From NCBI GenBank assembly GCA_031441465.1, contig JANOEP010000026.1, positions 1-58,122 on the forward strand: a DNA stretch of 58,122 bases. Direction: 5' to 3'. Position numbers and translations under genes: made by a program. Positions 7,901 to 17,245 of the stretch are shown in pieces. This DNA comes from a bacterium (GTDB taxonomy: Bacteria > Krumholzibacteriota > Krumholzibacteriia > LZORAL124-64-63). The notes below the pieces were generated by a model, which was not told the origin of the DNA, did no database searches, and worked only from the letters and a program-made list of their open reading frames with translations. The number at the start of each line of letters is the position of its first letter. The first letter of the stretch is position 1.

Positions 7901-10022
7901 CGTCGGAAGTCAGCACGGCCGTGACGCCCGTCGCCGGGTTCGTGCCGAAGTTGTGCAGCACGGCGGCGACGTCCACGGTCTCGCCGGGGCCGGCCAGGCC
8001 GTCGTTGTTGCCGGCGGCGTCGTCCACGTCGAAGGAACCCAGGCCGACCAGGGCGACGGCGCCGCCCACCGTCAAGGTGCCCTTGTAGGGCAGACGGTTG
8101 TGCCGGGTGACGGTGACCAGCAGGTTGCCGGCGGTGAGGCCCGAGACCGGCAGGTTGACCTGGCCGTCGGGGCCGGTCAGGCCGCTGACGCGCACCTCGG
8201 TGCCCTTGTACAGGGACACGCGCGCGCCTGCGGCCGGCAGGCCCGAGACGCCCTCGTTGACGGTGACCTGGACGGAGTTGGCGCCGGTCGAGATCGACGC
8301 GGCGTGCACGACGGAGAACGTGGTGGGTAGGGCGGTCCAGATCTCGGTGGCGGGGTCGCCCATCAGGCTGTTCCAAACCATCCAGATCTCGACGTGGTCG
8401 GCTTCCGCGTCGTTGTAGCTGTTGTACATGGCCAGCTTGCCGGTGTTCAGGGCGGGGCCCACGCGGTAGTCGCCGGAGTTCAGGACGCCGTCGACGACGC
8501 CGGCGAACATGCAGTTGTTGTAGCGGGTGTGGGTGCCGGTCGTGGCGGTGCCGACGCTGGCGACGGCGCCGCCGTTGGGCGCGCGGAAGACGGCTTCGGA
8601 ACGGCAGGTGCCGTCGGGCACGAAGGAGCCCGTGTCGCAGGTCATGATCACGGCGAAGGCCAGTTCGCCCGCGTTGGAAAGGTTCTGCAGGTTGGTGGAC
8701 TGCATGCCGCTCATGCCGTACCAGCCGCGGTAGGTGAACAGCGTGCCGCCCTTGTTGAAGTTCGTGGTCATCAGCGAGACGTAGCTGCCGCCGTAGACGG
8801 AGTCGATTTCGGTGTAGTGCAGGCCGAGCAGCTGGTCGCGCACCCACTGGTTGACGAAGATCGTCGTGATGCCCGACTGCCCCGGGTCGCCCACCAGCGA
8901 GCCGCGGGTGAACCAGCCTGGATCGGGGGTCAGGGGCGGGTTGGACTCGTAGTTGACGATCTTGTTCACGACCGTCGTGAGTTCCGCGGTCGAGGTCACC
9001 GACAGGCGGCCCAGGTTGATGTCGGGCAGCAGGTCGGTCCCGTCGAGCATCGAATAGTAGTGGTCGCCGCTGCCGCCGTAGCCGCTGAGATTCTCGGACC
9101 AGGAGGGCAGGGCCACGGTCCCGCTGGCGTCGCCCACCAGGGTCACGAACTCCAGCTGCGGCTTCAGGGTGTTGTAGGCGTTGGTCAGGTAGGTCTTGAT
9201 CGCGGTGTTGGTGGTGCCGGTCTCGGCCGTGGTGGCCAGCACGACGTTGTAGCCCTGGCGGCGGCGCCACTCCAGCAGCGGCGCGAGGTTGGTGATCACC
9301 GTGGCGTTGTTCGGGCAGATCACCAGGTAGCTGCCCATGTCGGTGACGGCGCTCTTGTCGGCGCCGCCGTAGTTCAGGACCCGGGCGCGGAAGTACTCGT
9401 CGTAGGCGGCGGTCTCGGCCCGCAAGGCGGCCTTGCCGGCGCCGCCCGTGATCGTCACCTCGACGGTCAGGCGCACGGCGGCCGTGACGCGGCCGGTCGC
9501 CGGGTCGTAGGCGAGGGGGGAGAAGACCAGCGGCGCCACGGTCAGCCCGTGCATGACGCCGGTCTTGCCCACTTCGACGGTCGGCGCGGCGGTGGCGCCA
9601 CGGGCGTAGGCGCCCTTGTCGTAGGCGAAGGGCTCGCCTTCGCGGCCCTGGACCGGCAGCAGCCGGTAGCCGTCGAGGTCGACCGTTTCGCGTGAAACGA
9701 TCCGCGCCACGGCGGTGGCGCCCGCCGGCAACGCGATCAGCCGGCTGAAGACCGGCAGCCCGGGTGCGCCCTCGGCGCCCCGCTGGGCGGCGTCGGGGAA
9801 CGACAGCACCTGCCAGGCTTCGCCGCCGGTCTCGACGTCCTCGACCGCCAGGCGCGGCAGGGTCAGTTCGAGGGTCAGCACGTCGCCGGTGTCCTCGAGC
9901 AGGGCGAGAGCCGGTTGGGCGCCGGCGGCGGGGTCCAGGACGACCTCGCGGGCGGCGGGCACGGCGAAGGCGGTCGCCGCGATCAGCAGCAGCGACAGGG
10001 TGATACCTGTGGACAGACGCAT
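4917..10022 (-). CDS. large secreted C25 (gingipain-like) peptidase-family protein with propeptide, Ig/carboxypeptidase-regulatory domains and FlgD-Ig C-terminal domain
   Basis: Signal peptide; propeptide GAPGLPV; LLEWRRRQGY, FVTLVGD, PDINLGRL, YRGW, MTCDTG, LMGDP motifs; C-terminal QNRPNPFNP...RKMMLLK; GGAGG RBS. Confidence 0.88.
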   Translation of the reverse strand: MRLSTGITLSLLLIAATAFAVPAAREVVLDPAAGAQPALALLEDTGDVLTLELTLPRLAVEDVETGGEAWQVLSFPDAAQRGAEGAPGLPVFSRLIALPAGATAVARIVSRETVDLDGYRLLPVQGREGEPFAYDKGAYARGATAAPTVEVGKTGVMHGLTVAPLVFSPLAYDPATGRVTAAVRLTVEVTITGGAGKAALRAETAAYDEYFRARVLNYGGADKSAVTDMGSYLVICPNNATVITNLAPLLEWRRRQGYNVVLATTAETGTTNTAIKTYLTNAYNTLKPQLEFVTLVGDASGTVALPSWSENLSGYGGSGDHYYSMLDGTDLLPDINLGRLSVTSTAELTTVVNKIVNYESNPPLTPDPGWFTRGSLVGDPGQSGITTIFVNQWVRDQLLGLHYTEIDSVYGGSYVSLMTTNFNKGGTLFTYRGWYGMSGMQSTNLQNLSNAGELAFAVIMTCDTGSFVPDGTCRSEAVFRAPNGGAVASVGTATTGTHTRYNNCMFAGVVDGVLNSGDYRVGPALNTGKLAMYNSYNDAEADHVEIWMVWNSLMGDPATEIWTALPTTFSVVHAASISTGANSVQVTVNEGVSGLPAAGARVSLYKGTEVRVSGLTGPDGQVNLPVSGLTAGNLLVTVTRHNRLPYKGTLTVGGAVALVGLGSFDVDDAAGNNDGLAGPGETVDVAAVLHNFGTNPATGVTAVLTSDDPWASVVSGSASFGTIAAGADAPGSAPFTVQLAPGAPAAHKCQLDLAVTSGASTWTSLLELELNAGAFTYLSFAYGGPGGSLDPGETGTLSVTLRNTGNVGVTAAAATLLSSSPWVDVTDDQGAFGPMAVNATASNAANAFTVSVTADCFRGHLATFQIAMLTATGARDTVEFTAQVGVAAANEPLGPDAHGYYAFDNTDTAYPYHPTYSWIEIDPTLGGSGTAVPLSDYGWEQDDTEILTLPFDFTYYGETFDKISVCSNGWLAMGATSLRNYRNWTLPCSGSPDAMICAFWDNLYLQSAVGGVYWWHDVANHRLIVEWSRLRNDVGGGTETFEVILYDPAHHDTDTGDGIIEVQYNAVSQVDGTNGYATAGLQNLDHSSGLLYTYWNAYPGAAASLTAGRAIRYEALAVLPTGTLQGTVTNASGGGVPAKDVLITVLDNGRAFTSSTAGTYLGSVPVGVYDIVASHPSFAPDTTRSVVILEGQATTVDFALTDVAGPAFANTTVLTGTTDTAGPYVVETEVYDYSGLNELHGWYLTSAGGGLQELTLTLIDPVTGRYRGEIPGQPLGSRVRYWFSALDGIGLGTLEPAGAPAAATSFWVENTLIVASDMESAGSWTGGIAGDNATAGIWTLVDPNGIYINDSPVTPEDDHTPAGTMCWITGQDAVGGAQGGADVDGGTTTLLSPVYNLTGWNDVTVTYFRWYTNETGLNPNSDTWVVQVTSDGTNWVDLERTMASDRTWLEVTVPLTGLIDMTANVRFRFVASDLGSGSVIEAGVDDFSLNGHQGIVDELDPTVTVTAPQPGSVHNNGQPFAVSWTPYDETGLGATVVLYSADGGATWPYVLGAGSLTSPLSPNWATVPSSDVAMVKVVCFDTTLNSGQDAMNGTFVLDFPTPVDDGGLPARLALAQNRPNPFNPSTEIRFSVPRTTKVGLKVYDLAGRVVRTLVDGELEGGEHTAVWRGEDDAGARASSGLYVYRLTAGGTTVARKMMLLK

Positions 10023-10113
10023 GAAGGCCTCCAGGGCGCGTTGGGCCGGGATGGTTGCGGGAGCCATCACTGGGGAGTAACGGAATTCCGGTGGCGGGAC
10101 CGGACTGCACATC

Positions 10114-10201
10114 ATGATAACACAAGCCCCCTCACCGGAGCTAATGGATATTTGCACCGAGAGGACTCCAGGTGGCGTCCATTCGGGTCGTATGCTATGA
10201 T
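10114..10201. promoter_or_regulatory. divergent extended -10 promoters
   Basis: TGTTATCAT on the minus strand (10114-10122) toward the C25 gene; TGCTATGAT on the plus strand (10193-10201) toward the pgs operon. Confidence 0.5.
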
Positions 10202-10261
10202 CCCCGCGTCCGGTCAACCCCGCCTGCACCCGCACCATCGGTCCATTCCGGGAGGACTCCC

Positions 10262-11878
10262 ATGCCCAGGTTCCTGCGCTTATCGGCCGGACTCGCCCTG
10301 CTGGCCTGCGCCGCCGCCGCTTCCGCGGCCGTCATCCACGTGCCCGGCGACTACGCCCAGATCCACGCCGCGGTCCAGGCCGCCGGCGCGGGGGATATCG
10401 TCGAGGTCGCGGCCGGCACCTACGGCGACTGCACCCACCCGACCGAGGGTCCCGGATCGACCCTGGCCTGCGTCATCATGAAGTCGGGGGTCACGCTGCG
10501 GGGCGCCGGCACGGCGGCGACGATCATCGACGCGCAGCTGCTCGGCCGCGGCATCTTCGTCGAGAACGTCGTCAACTGCCGCATCGAGAACCTGCAGGTC
10601 CGCCGCGCGTACGCGGCGGCCTACGGCGCCGGCATCCTGCTGCGTCAGGTCGGCCCGGACGTGAGCGTGACCGACGTCCTGGTGACCCTGTGCACCGACG
10701 GCGGCGTGATCTGCTACAACCACGCCAGCCCGACCCTGACCCGGGTCGACTGCGTGTCCAACAGCGCCAAGCAGGGCGGCGGCCTCGCCATCGAGGAGTT
10801 GAGCAGCCCCCGCGTCGCGGACTGCGACATCCTGGACAACCACGCCCCGAGCGGCGCCGGCGTGTTCATCCGCAACGGCAGCGACCCGCACCTGACCGGC
10901 TGCACCGTGAGCGGCAACACGATCAACGCGGCCTACGGCCAGGGCGCGGGCATCTTCGTCGCGGCCAGCGCCCCGCGGATCGAGCACTGCACGATCTCCG
11001 GCAACACGACCCTGGGCAACGGCGGCGGCGTCGCCTACCAGCTCGGCTCCGCGGGCACCCTGCAGGCCTGCACGATCACCGGCAACCTCGCCGCGCAGAG
11101 CTTCACCTCGGGCGCCGGCATCGCGGTCGACTCGGCCGAGCCGCTGATCGAGGGCTGCCTGATCGCCGGGAACGTCTGCACCGGCTCGTTCAGCGACGCC
11201 GCCGGCGTCCACACCCTGTTCAGCCCGTCCCCGACGCTGCGCAACTGCACGATCGCCGGCAACCAGACCAGCGGCGACGGCCTGGCCGGCGGCGTGATGG
11301 CCCAGTGGGGCAGTTCCCCGACCATCGACCGCTGCATCATCTCCGGCTCGCTCGTCGGCGCCGGCCTCTACTGCGACGGCGGCAGCCCGACGGTCACCTG
11401 CACCGACCTCTGGGGCAACGCCGGCGGCAACGCCCTTTGCGGCGTCGACGGCGGCGGCAACTTCTCGCTCGACCCGCTCTACTGCGCGCCGGGCGACTAC
11501 CACCTGCAGGCCGGCAGCCCCTGCTTCACCGGCTGCGGCGGGGATCTGGTGGGTGCGCCCCTGGGCGCGTGCGGCGCCACCGCGGCGGACGAGTCGCCGC
11601 GGCGCTCGCGCCTGCTGGGCAACCACCCCAATCCGTTCAACCCCAGCACCACCATCGTTTTCGCGCTTGACGCGCCCGGTGCCGCCCTCGTACGTATCAC
11701 CGACGTCTCCGGCAGGACGGTGGCGACTCTCACCCTGGGCGATCTCCCCGCCGGTCGCCACGAGGCGGTCTGGGACGGACGCGACGATGCGGGCCGGCCC
11801 GCGCCGAGCGGCGTCTACTTGTACGAACTCCAGGCTCTGGGCCTGCAGCACACAAGGCGGATGATCCTGATCAAATGA
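10262..11878 (+). CDS. secreted right-handed parallel beta-helix repeat protein with FlgD-Ig C-terminal domain
   Basis: Signal peptide, IHVPGDYAQIHAAV start, many CxIxGN...GGG repeats, GNHPNPFNP...RRMILIK. Confidence 0.85.
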   Translation: MPRFLRLSAGLALLACAAAASAAVIHVPGDYAQIHAAVQAAGAGDIVEVAAGTYGDCTHPTEGPGSTLACVIMKSGVTLRGAGTAATIIDAQLLGRGIFVENVVNCRIENLQVRRAYAAAYGAGILLRQVGPDVSVTDVLVTLCTDGGVICYNHASPTLTRVDCVSNSAKQGGGLAIEELSSPRVADCDILDNHAPSGAGVFIRNGSDPHLTGCTVSGNTINAAYGQGAGIFVAASAPRIEHCTISGNTTLGNGGGVAYQLGSAGTLQACTITGNLAAQSFTSGAGIAVDSAEPLIEGCLIAGNVCTGSFSDAAGVHTLFSPSPTLRNCTIAGNQTSGDGLAGGVMAQWGSSPTIDRCIISGSLVGAGLYCDGGSPTVTCTDLWGNAGGNALCGVDGGGNFSLDPLYCAPGDYHLQAGSPCFTGCGGDLVGAPLGACGATAADESPRRSRLLGNHPNPFNPSTTIVFALDAPGAALVRITDVSGRTVATLTLGDLPAGRHEAVWDGRDDAGRPAPSGVYLYELQALGLQHTRRMILIK

Positions 11879-14800
11879 AACGGGCAGCGCTCACGCTCGC
11901 TCTCGGAATCGGCCTGACGGCGGCGGTCTTCGGAACCGCCGCCGCCGCGGCCGACCAGCGGGCGCACGATTCCTTCGCGGTCCAGGTCGCCGGCGACCGC
12001 ACCCTGGTCACCAAGCTCCCCGCCGCCGCCGACGCGTCCGCCGCGCCGGCGGTCCTGATCGCCCTGCCGCCGGACGCCACGACCTGGTCGGTGAGCCTGA
12101 CCGCGGGCGGCGGCAGCGTGTCCGGCGACGGCCGGCTGCCCCGGCTGCGCGGGCTGCCGATGGCCGTGGTGAACACGGCCGGGCTGGACGACGGCGCCCG
12201 GTTCGAGATCGTGCACGACGGCGACTGGTCCTCGGCCGCGGACGGCCGTCTGCGGTCGCGCGCCTTCGACGCCGCGCTGGGATCCTCGTTCGGCCTGCCG
12301 GCGTCGGCCGCAGCGGGCACCCGCGGCACCTACGTCGTGATCACGACACCCGAGTACGCTCCCGCCGCCGCCCCTCTGCTGGCCTGGAAGCGCGCCAAGG
12401 GTCTGGAAGTTCGCCTGGCGACCACCGAGGAGACCGGCGTCACCAACGTCGCGGTGCGCGATTGGCTGCGTGCCGCCTACGCGGCGTGGGACGCCCCGCC
12501 CGAGTACGTGCTCATCCTGGGCGACGTCGACGTCGTGCCCGCCTGGAGCATCAGCCAGAACGTCACCGACCTGCCCTACGCCCAGATGGACGAGGACGAC
12601 TGGCTGCCCGACCTGATGCTCGGCCGCATGCCCGTCGCGTCGCTCACCGAGGCGCAGACGGTGGTCAACAAGAGCGTGGCCTACGAGCGCGACCCCTACC
12701 GCACGGACGAGGGCTGGCTCACGCGCCAGCTCATGGTCGCCGGCAACTACGGCTCCGACACCCCGGTCAGCACCGTGTCCTGGTGCGGCCGGCAACTGAT
12801 GTCCCTGGGCTTCCAGGCCGCCACCCACGTCTCGTTCCCGCCGCTGTTCAACGGCGTGTTCCCGATCACGCAGGCGCTGCAAGCCGGCGTCTCGATGGTG
12901 GTCTACCGCGGCTGGGCCTACGGCACGGCGGGCTGGGAGCCGCCGCACTTCACGGTCACCGAGATCCCCAACGTGAACAACGGGGCCATGACGCCGGTCG
13001 TGATGAGCTTCGTCTGCCTCAACGGGGACTTCGCCGCCGACGCGCCCTGCTTCGGCGAGGTGTTCCTGCGCCAGGGCACGCCCGAGACGCGCAAGGGCGC
13101 GGTCGCCTTCATCGGCAACGGCGAGCACTGGTCCCACACGCGCTACAACGACGCGATGGCCATCTCGTTCTTCGAGCGCATCACCGACCCGGCCGTCACC
13201 GACCTCGGGTCGCTGATGCTCGCCGGCAAGCTGCGCTTCCTGTCCTACTTCCCGCACGAGCTGGAGTTCGAGGCCACCGGCGAGGAATCCGTCGAGTTCT
13301 ACTTCCACATCTACAACCTGCTCGGCGACCCCGAGTTGAATTTTTGGAAGGGGCCCGTCTCGGAACCCGTGGTCGGGCACGACGCCAACTGCCCGCCCGG
13401 AGCCGACCGCTTCGACGTGACCGTCCTGGAGTCGGACGGCACGACCCCCCTGGCCGGCGCGCGCGTGGGCCTGACGCAGGACGGCGAGCCGGTCGGCGCC
13501 GGCCGGACCGGTCCTGACGGTGTCGCCCGGATTTCCCTGGACGATCTCGTGGCCGGCACGCCGCTGACCGTCACGGTCACCGCGCCCAACCGCTTCGCCG
13601 TGCAGAGCGACGTCGCGGTCGCGTCGCCCGCGGCCCACCTCGCGGTGACGGGCCTGACCTGGGAGAATCCCGTCGGCTACGGCAACGACGACGCCGTGGT
13701 CAACGCCGCCGAGGTCCTGCACGTCTTCCCGGTGGTGACCAACACCGGGACGACGACGGCGACGGGCGTCACGCTGTCGCTGTCCGTCGCGGGTCCCGCC
13801 GGCGTCGAGCACGCGTCCTTCGCCTTGCCGGACCTGCCCGGCGGCGCCGTGCACGCCTGCACGGGCGACGAGTATTTCCGCCTCGGCCTGCTGACCACGG
13901 CCGACGACGGCGCGCTGCTGCGCCTGTTCCTCGACGCGGCCCACGACGGCGCGGTCGACCGCGCCGAGCGCACGCTCACCGTCGGCGGACCGTCGGTCCG
14001 GCTGGCGGGCCTGCTCGTCGGCGGCGACGGCGCGCTGCGCCAGGGACAGTCGAACGCCCTCACGCCGGTCCTGCACAACGCCGGCAGCTTGCCGTTCCCG
14101 GGCGGCCAGGCCCGGCTGAACCTGCTCAGCGCGGGCATCGGCGCCGTCGGCGTGCAGTTCGCGGACGTGCCGGCCATCGCGCCGGGCGCGTCGGTGACCC
14201 TGGCCACGGCGGTGTCGCTCGAGGTGGGGGCGACGGTGCCGACCGGCAGCGCCGCCGTGCTGGAACTCGTCGTCTCCGACGCCGCACCGGCCGACTACCA
14301 GTCCGTGCTGCCGGCGACCCTGCTGGTCGGCGAGATCGACGCCGGCGCCCCGTGCGGCCCCGACGCGCACGGCTACCGGGCGCTGGACAGCGCCGACGCC
14401 GTCGACTACCCCGGCCTGGCGCCCGTCTACCGCTGGACCCACCTGGATCCCGCCCTGGGCGGCGCCGGCGTGCCGGTGACCTTCGCCGTCGACAACGAGG
14501 TGAAGCTGGTCGACCTGCCCTTCGCCTTCTCCTACTACGGCCAGGTCTTCGACGGGCAGATCCGCGTCAGCGAGAACGGCTGGATCAGCTTCGACACCGA
14601 CGACGAGCTCGAGTTCTACAACTGGCCGCTGCCCAGCAGCCACGGCAACCACTCGGTGGTGGCGCCCTTCTGGGACAACTTCGATCCCACGCTCGCGGGC
14701 ACCGGCGGCGTCTTCACGCGCCACGACGCGGCCTCGGGCACCTTCACGATCGAGTGGAGCCGCATGCGCCACTACCAGCCCGAGATCGACGACGTGCAGA

Positions 14801-15606
14801 CCTTCCAGCTGGTGCTGCGCGACCCGGCGCTCCACCCCGCGCCGGGCGGCGACGGCGAGCTGCTGTTCCTCTACCGGCAGGTCCACAACCGCGACACGCT
14901 GCGGCAGTTCGCGACCGTGGGCTGGGAGAGCCCGTCCGAGACCGACGGCCTGCAGCTGTCCTATTCCGACGTCTACGCCCCCGGCGCCGCCCCGATCGGT
15001 CCGGGGCTGGCCGTCCTGCTGACGACGCGGACACCCGTCTATTCGCCCTACACCGCCGAGTTCGTGGCGGAACGGTCGGCGGGCGCGGTCACGCTCTCCT
15101 GGTTGCCCCGCGACGGCAGGCCCGTCACCGGCTGGCTCGTGATGCGCGACGGGGCGGACGGCGCGGTCGCCTTGACGCCGGCGCCGTTGCCCGCGACGGC
15201 GCGCGGCTTCACGGACGGCCTGGCCCCCGCGGGCGACGCCTCCTACCGCCTGGTCGCCCTGCACGCGTACGGGCACCGGTCGGCCGCGGCTTCGGCGACG
15301 GTGACCGCCGCGGCGGTCGTCGACGGCGGCGGGCTGTTCCTGTCGCCCGGTCAGCCCAACCCCGCGCGCGGCGGCGCGACCCTGGCCTTCGGCCTGCCGC
15401 GCGACGGCGCGGCGACGCTGCGGGTCTTCGACCTCGCGGGCCGGCTCGTGCGCACGCTGGTCGCGGGCGACCGGCCGGCCGGCCCGGGCGCGGCCGCCTG
15501 GGACGGGCGCGACGAAGGCGGCCGCGACGCGCCCGCCGGCGTCTACTTCTGCCGGCTCGAGAGCGCGGGTGGCTCGGTGACCCGCAAACTCCTGCTCGTC
15601 AGGTAG
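11875..15606 (+). CDS. secreted C25 (gingipain-like) peptidase-family protein with FlgD-Ig C-terminal domain
   Basis: LLAWKRAKG, YVLILGD, PDLMLGR, YRGW, VCLNGDF/CFGEVFLR (compare RgpB ACVNGDF/CFAEALMR), YNLLGDP; ends RKLLLVR; ATGA overlap with upstream gene. Confidence 0.88.
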   Translation: MKRAALTLALGIGLTAAVFGTAAAAADQRAHDSFAVQVAGDRTLVTKLPAAADASAAPAVLIALPPDATTWSVSLTAGGGSVSGDGRLPRLRGLPMAVVNTAGLDDGARFEIVHDGDWSSAADGRLRSRAFDAALGSSFGLPASAAAGTRGTYVVITTPEYAPAAAPLLAWKRAKGLEVRLATTEETGVTNVAVRDWLRAAYAAWDAPPEYVLILGDVDVVPAWSISQNVTDLPYAQMDEDDWLPDLMLGRMPVASLTEAQTVVNKSVAYERDPYRTDEGWLTRQLMVAGNYGSDTPVSTVSWCGRQLMSLGFQAATHVSFPPLFNGVFPITQALQAGVSMVVYRGWAYGTAGWEPPHFTVTEIPNVNNGAMTPVVMSFVCLNGDFAADAPCFGEVFLRQGTPETRKGAVAFIGNGEHWSHTRYNDAMAISFFERITDPAVTDLGSLMLAGKLRFLSYFPHELEFEATGEESVEFYFHIYNLLGDPELNFWKGPVSEPVVGHDANCPPGADRFDVTVLESDGTTPLAGARVGLTQDGEPVGAGRTGPDGVARISLDDLVAGTPLTVTVTAPNRFAVQSDVAVASPAAHLAVTGLTWENPVGYGNDDAVVNAAEVLHVFPVVTNTGTTTATGVTLSLSVAGPAGVEHASFALPDLPGGAVHACTGDEYFRLGLLTTADDGALLRLFLDAAHDGAVDRAERTLTVGGPSVRLAGLLVGGDGALRQGQSNALTPVLHNAGSLPFPGGQARLNLLSAGIGAVGVQFADVPAIAPGASVTLATAVSLEVGATVPTGSAAVLELVVSDAAPADYQSVLPATLLVGEIDAGAPCGPDAHGYRALDSADAVDYPGLAPVYRWTHLDPALGGAGVPVTFAVDNEVKLVDLPFAFSYYGQVFDGQIRVSENGWISFDTDDELEFYNWPLPSSHGNHSVVAPFWDNFDPTLAGTGGVFTRHDAASGTFTIEWSRMRHYQPEIDDVQTFQLVLRDPALHPAPGGDGELLFLYRQVHNRDTLRQFATVGWESPSETDGLQLSYSDVYAPGAAPIGPGLAVLLTTRTPVYSPYTAEFVAERSAGAVTLSWLPRDGRPVTGWLVMRDGADGAVALTPAPLPATARGFTDGLAPAGDASYRLVALHAYGHRSAAASATVTAAAVVDGGGLFLSPGQPNPARGGATLAFGLPRDGAATLRVFDLAGRLVRTLVAGDRPAGPGAAAWDGRDEGGRDAPAGVYFCRLESAGGSVTRKLLLVR

Positions 15607-15614
15607 GTGGGAGC

Positions 15615-16775
15615 GTGCGGTTCATCGTCCTGTTGCTCGCGGCGGCCACGCTGTTGGGCGTGTGGGAGACGGCGCGGCACCGCCTGACGCGGCGGCGCAT
15701 CCCGCTGCGCGTGCACGTCAACGGCAGCCGCGGCAAGTCGTCGGTGACCCGCCTCATCGCGGCGGGGCTGCAGGCGGGCGGGATCCGCACCTGCGCGAAG
15801 ACCACCGGCTCGGCGGCGCGCTTCCTGCACGCCGACGGCACCGAGACGCCGGTGGTGCGCAACGGCACGCCGAACATCCGCGAGCAGCTGGGCGTCTTCC
15901 GGCAGGCCGCGTCCGAGGGCGCGCAGGCGCTGGTGCTGGAGTGCATGGCCGTGCGTCCCGACCTGCAACGGACCTGCGAGCGCGACATCGTGAACAGCAC
16001 GCTCGGGGTGATCACCAACGTGCGCTCCGACCACCTCGAGGTGCAGGGGCCGCGCCTGGAGGACGTGGCGCGCAGCCTGTCGCAGACCGTGCCGGCGCAC
16101 GCGACCCTGTTCACGGCGGAAGACGTGTTCGCCGGCGACCTGGCCGAGGCGGCGCGGCGACGCGGCAGCGTCTGCAAGCTGGCCGACCCGGGGACGGTCA
16201 CGCCGGCGGACCTGGCGCCCTTCCGTTACGTGGAATTCGCGGAGAACGTCGCCCTGGCCCTGGACGTGTGCGTGGCCGCCGGCGTCGATCGGCGCCGCGC
16301 GCTGGAGGGCATGTGGGGGGTCCGGCCCGACGTGGGCGCCCTGGAGCGCCTGCGGGTCGCCGATCCCGGCGGCGAACTCGTGTTCGCCAACGCCTTCGCG
16401 GCCAACGACCCCGAATCGACGGCGAGGATCTGGCGCACGCTCGGTCTGGACGCGCCCGGCACGCGGTCCGTGATCCTGTTCAACAACCGTGCCGACCGCA
16501 TGCGGCGGGCGCGCGATCTGGCGCCGCTGCTGGGGACCAGCATGAAGGCCGACCACTACGTCCTGATCGGCCAGGGGACGTCCCAGCTGGCCGACATGAT
16601 GCGCGCGGTCCCGCGCGAGCGCATCGTCGACCTGGGCGGCGCCGGCGCGGCCGAGATCTGGACGCGCACGGCCGCCCTCTGCGGCGCGGGCGCGACGGTG
16701 GTGGGCGTCGGCAACATCGGCGGCATCGGCATGGAACTGCTGGCGCTGCTGCGCGAACGGGAGGTGCGCCCTTGA
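15615..16775 (+). CDS. pgsB: poly-gamma-glutamate synthase PgsB/CapB (Mur-ligase fold)
   Basis: N-terminal TM helix; HVNGSRGKSSVTRLI P-loop; KTTG; LECMAV; ITNVRSDH; NAFAANDPEST; GVGNIGG. Confidence 0.95.
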   Translation: MRFIVLLLAAATLLGVWETARHRLTRRRIPLRVHVNGSRGKSSVTRLIAAGLQAGGIRTCAKTTGSAARFLHADGTETPVVRNGTPNIREQLGVFRQAASEGAQALVLECMAVRPDLQRTCERDIVNSTLGVITNVRSDHLEVQGPRLEDVARSLSQTVPAHATLFTAEDVFAGDLAEAARRRGSVCKLADPGTVTPADLAPFRYVEFAENVALALDVCVAAGVDRRRALEGMWGVRPDVGALERLRVADPGGELVFANAFAANDPESTARIWRTLGLDAPGTRSVILFNNRADRMRRARDLAPLLGTSMKADHYVLIGQGTSQLADMMRAVPRERIVDLGGAGAAEIWTRTAALCGAGATVVGVGNIGGIGMELLALLREREVRP

Positions 16776-17245
16776 TCTACCAGGCGATCGGCCTGGGGCT
16801 GGTGATCAGCCTCGTCTTTTCGGAGATCATGGGCTTGGCGGCGGGCGGCCTGATCGTCCCCGGCTACATCGCGATCTACCTCGACCAGCCGCTGCGCATC
16901 GCGGGCACGGTCGTCGCCGCGCTGTGCACCTACGCCACCGTGCGCCTGGTCGGCCGCGTGGTGCTGCTCTACGGGCGCCGCACCCTGGTCTTCTGCGTGC
17001 TGGCCGGGTTCGTGTTCGGCTTCCTGACGCGATACGTGCTGGTGTTCAACGCCGCGCTGGGCACGGGCGTCGACGCGTCGCTCTTCCAGTCCGTGGGGTA
17101 CATCATCCCCGGGCTGATCGCCTACTGGATGCACCGGCAGGGGATCGTCGAAACCCTGAGCTCGATGCTCATGGCGGCGTTCCTGGTCCGCCTGGTGCTG
17201 GTGCTGGCCCACGGAGGCATGCTCATTGATGTCGCGATCGGGTAG
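16772..17245 (+). CDS. pgsC: poly-gamma-glutamate biosynthesis membrane protein PgsC/CapC
   Basis: TTG start overlapping pgsB stop; AGGLIVPGYIA, LYGRR, GYIIPGLIA...RQG motifs. Confidence 0.95.
   Translation: MIYQAIGLGLVISLVFSEIMGLAAGGLIVPGYIAIYLDQPLRIAGTVVAALCTYATVRLVGRVVLLYGRRTLVFCVLAGFVFGFLTRYVLVFNAALGTGVDASLFQSVGYIIPGLIAYWMHRQGIVETLSSMLMAAFLVRLVLVLAHGGMLIDVAIG

Noticed and set aside
4815..8330. 1171-aa plus-strand ORF (and similar giants at 6973-10125, 11815-15276, 23404-26514, 35452-40200)
   Set aside because: Shadow ORFs on the antisense strand or alternate frames of real high-GC genes; Arg/Gly/Ala-rich with no recognisable motifs.
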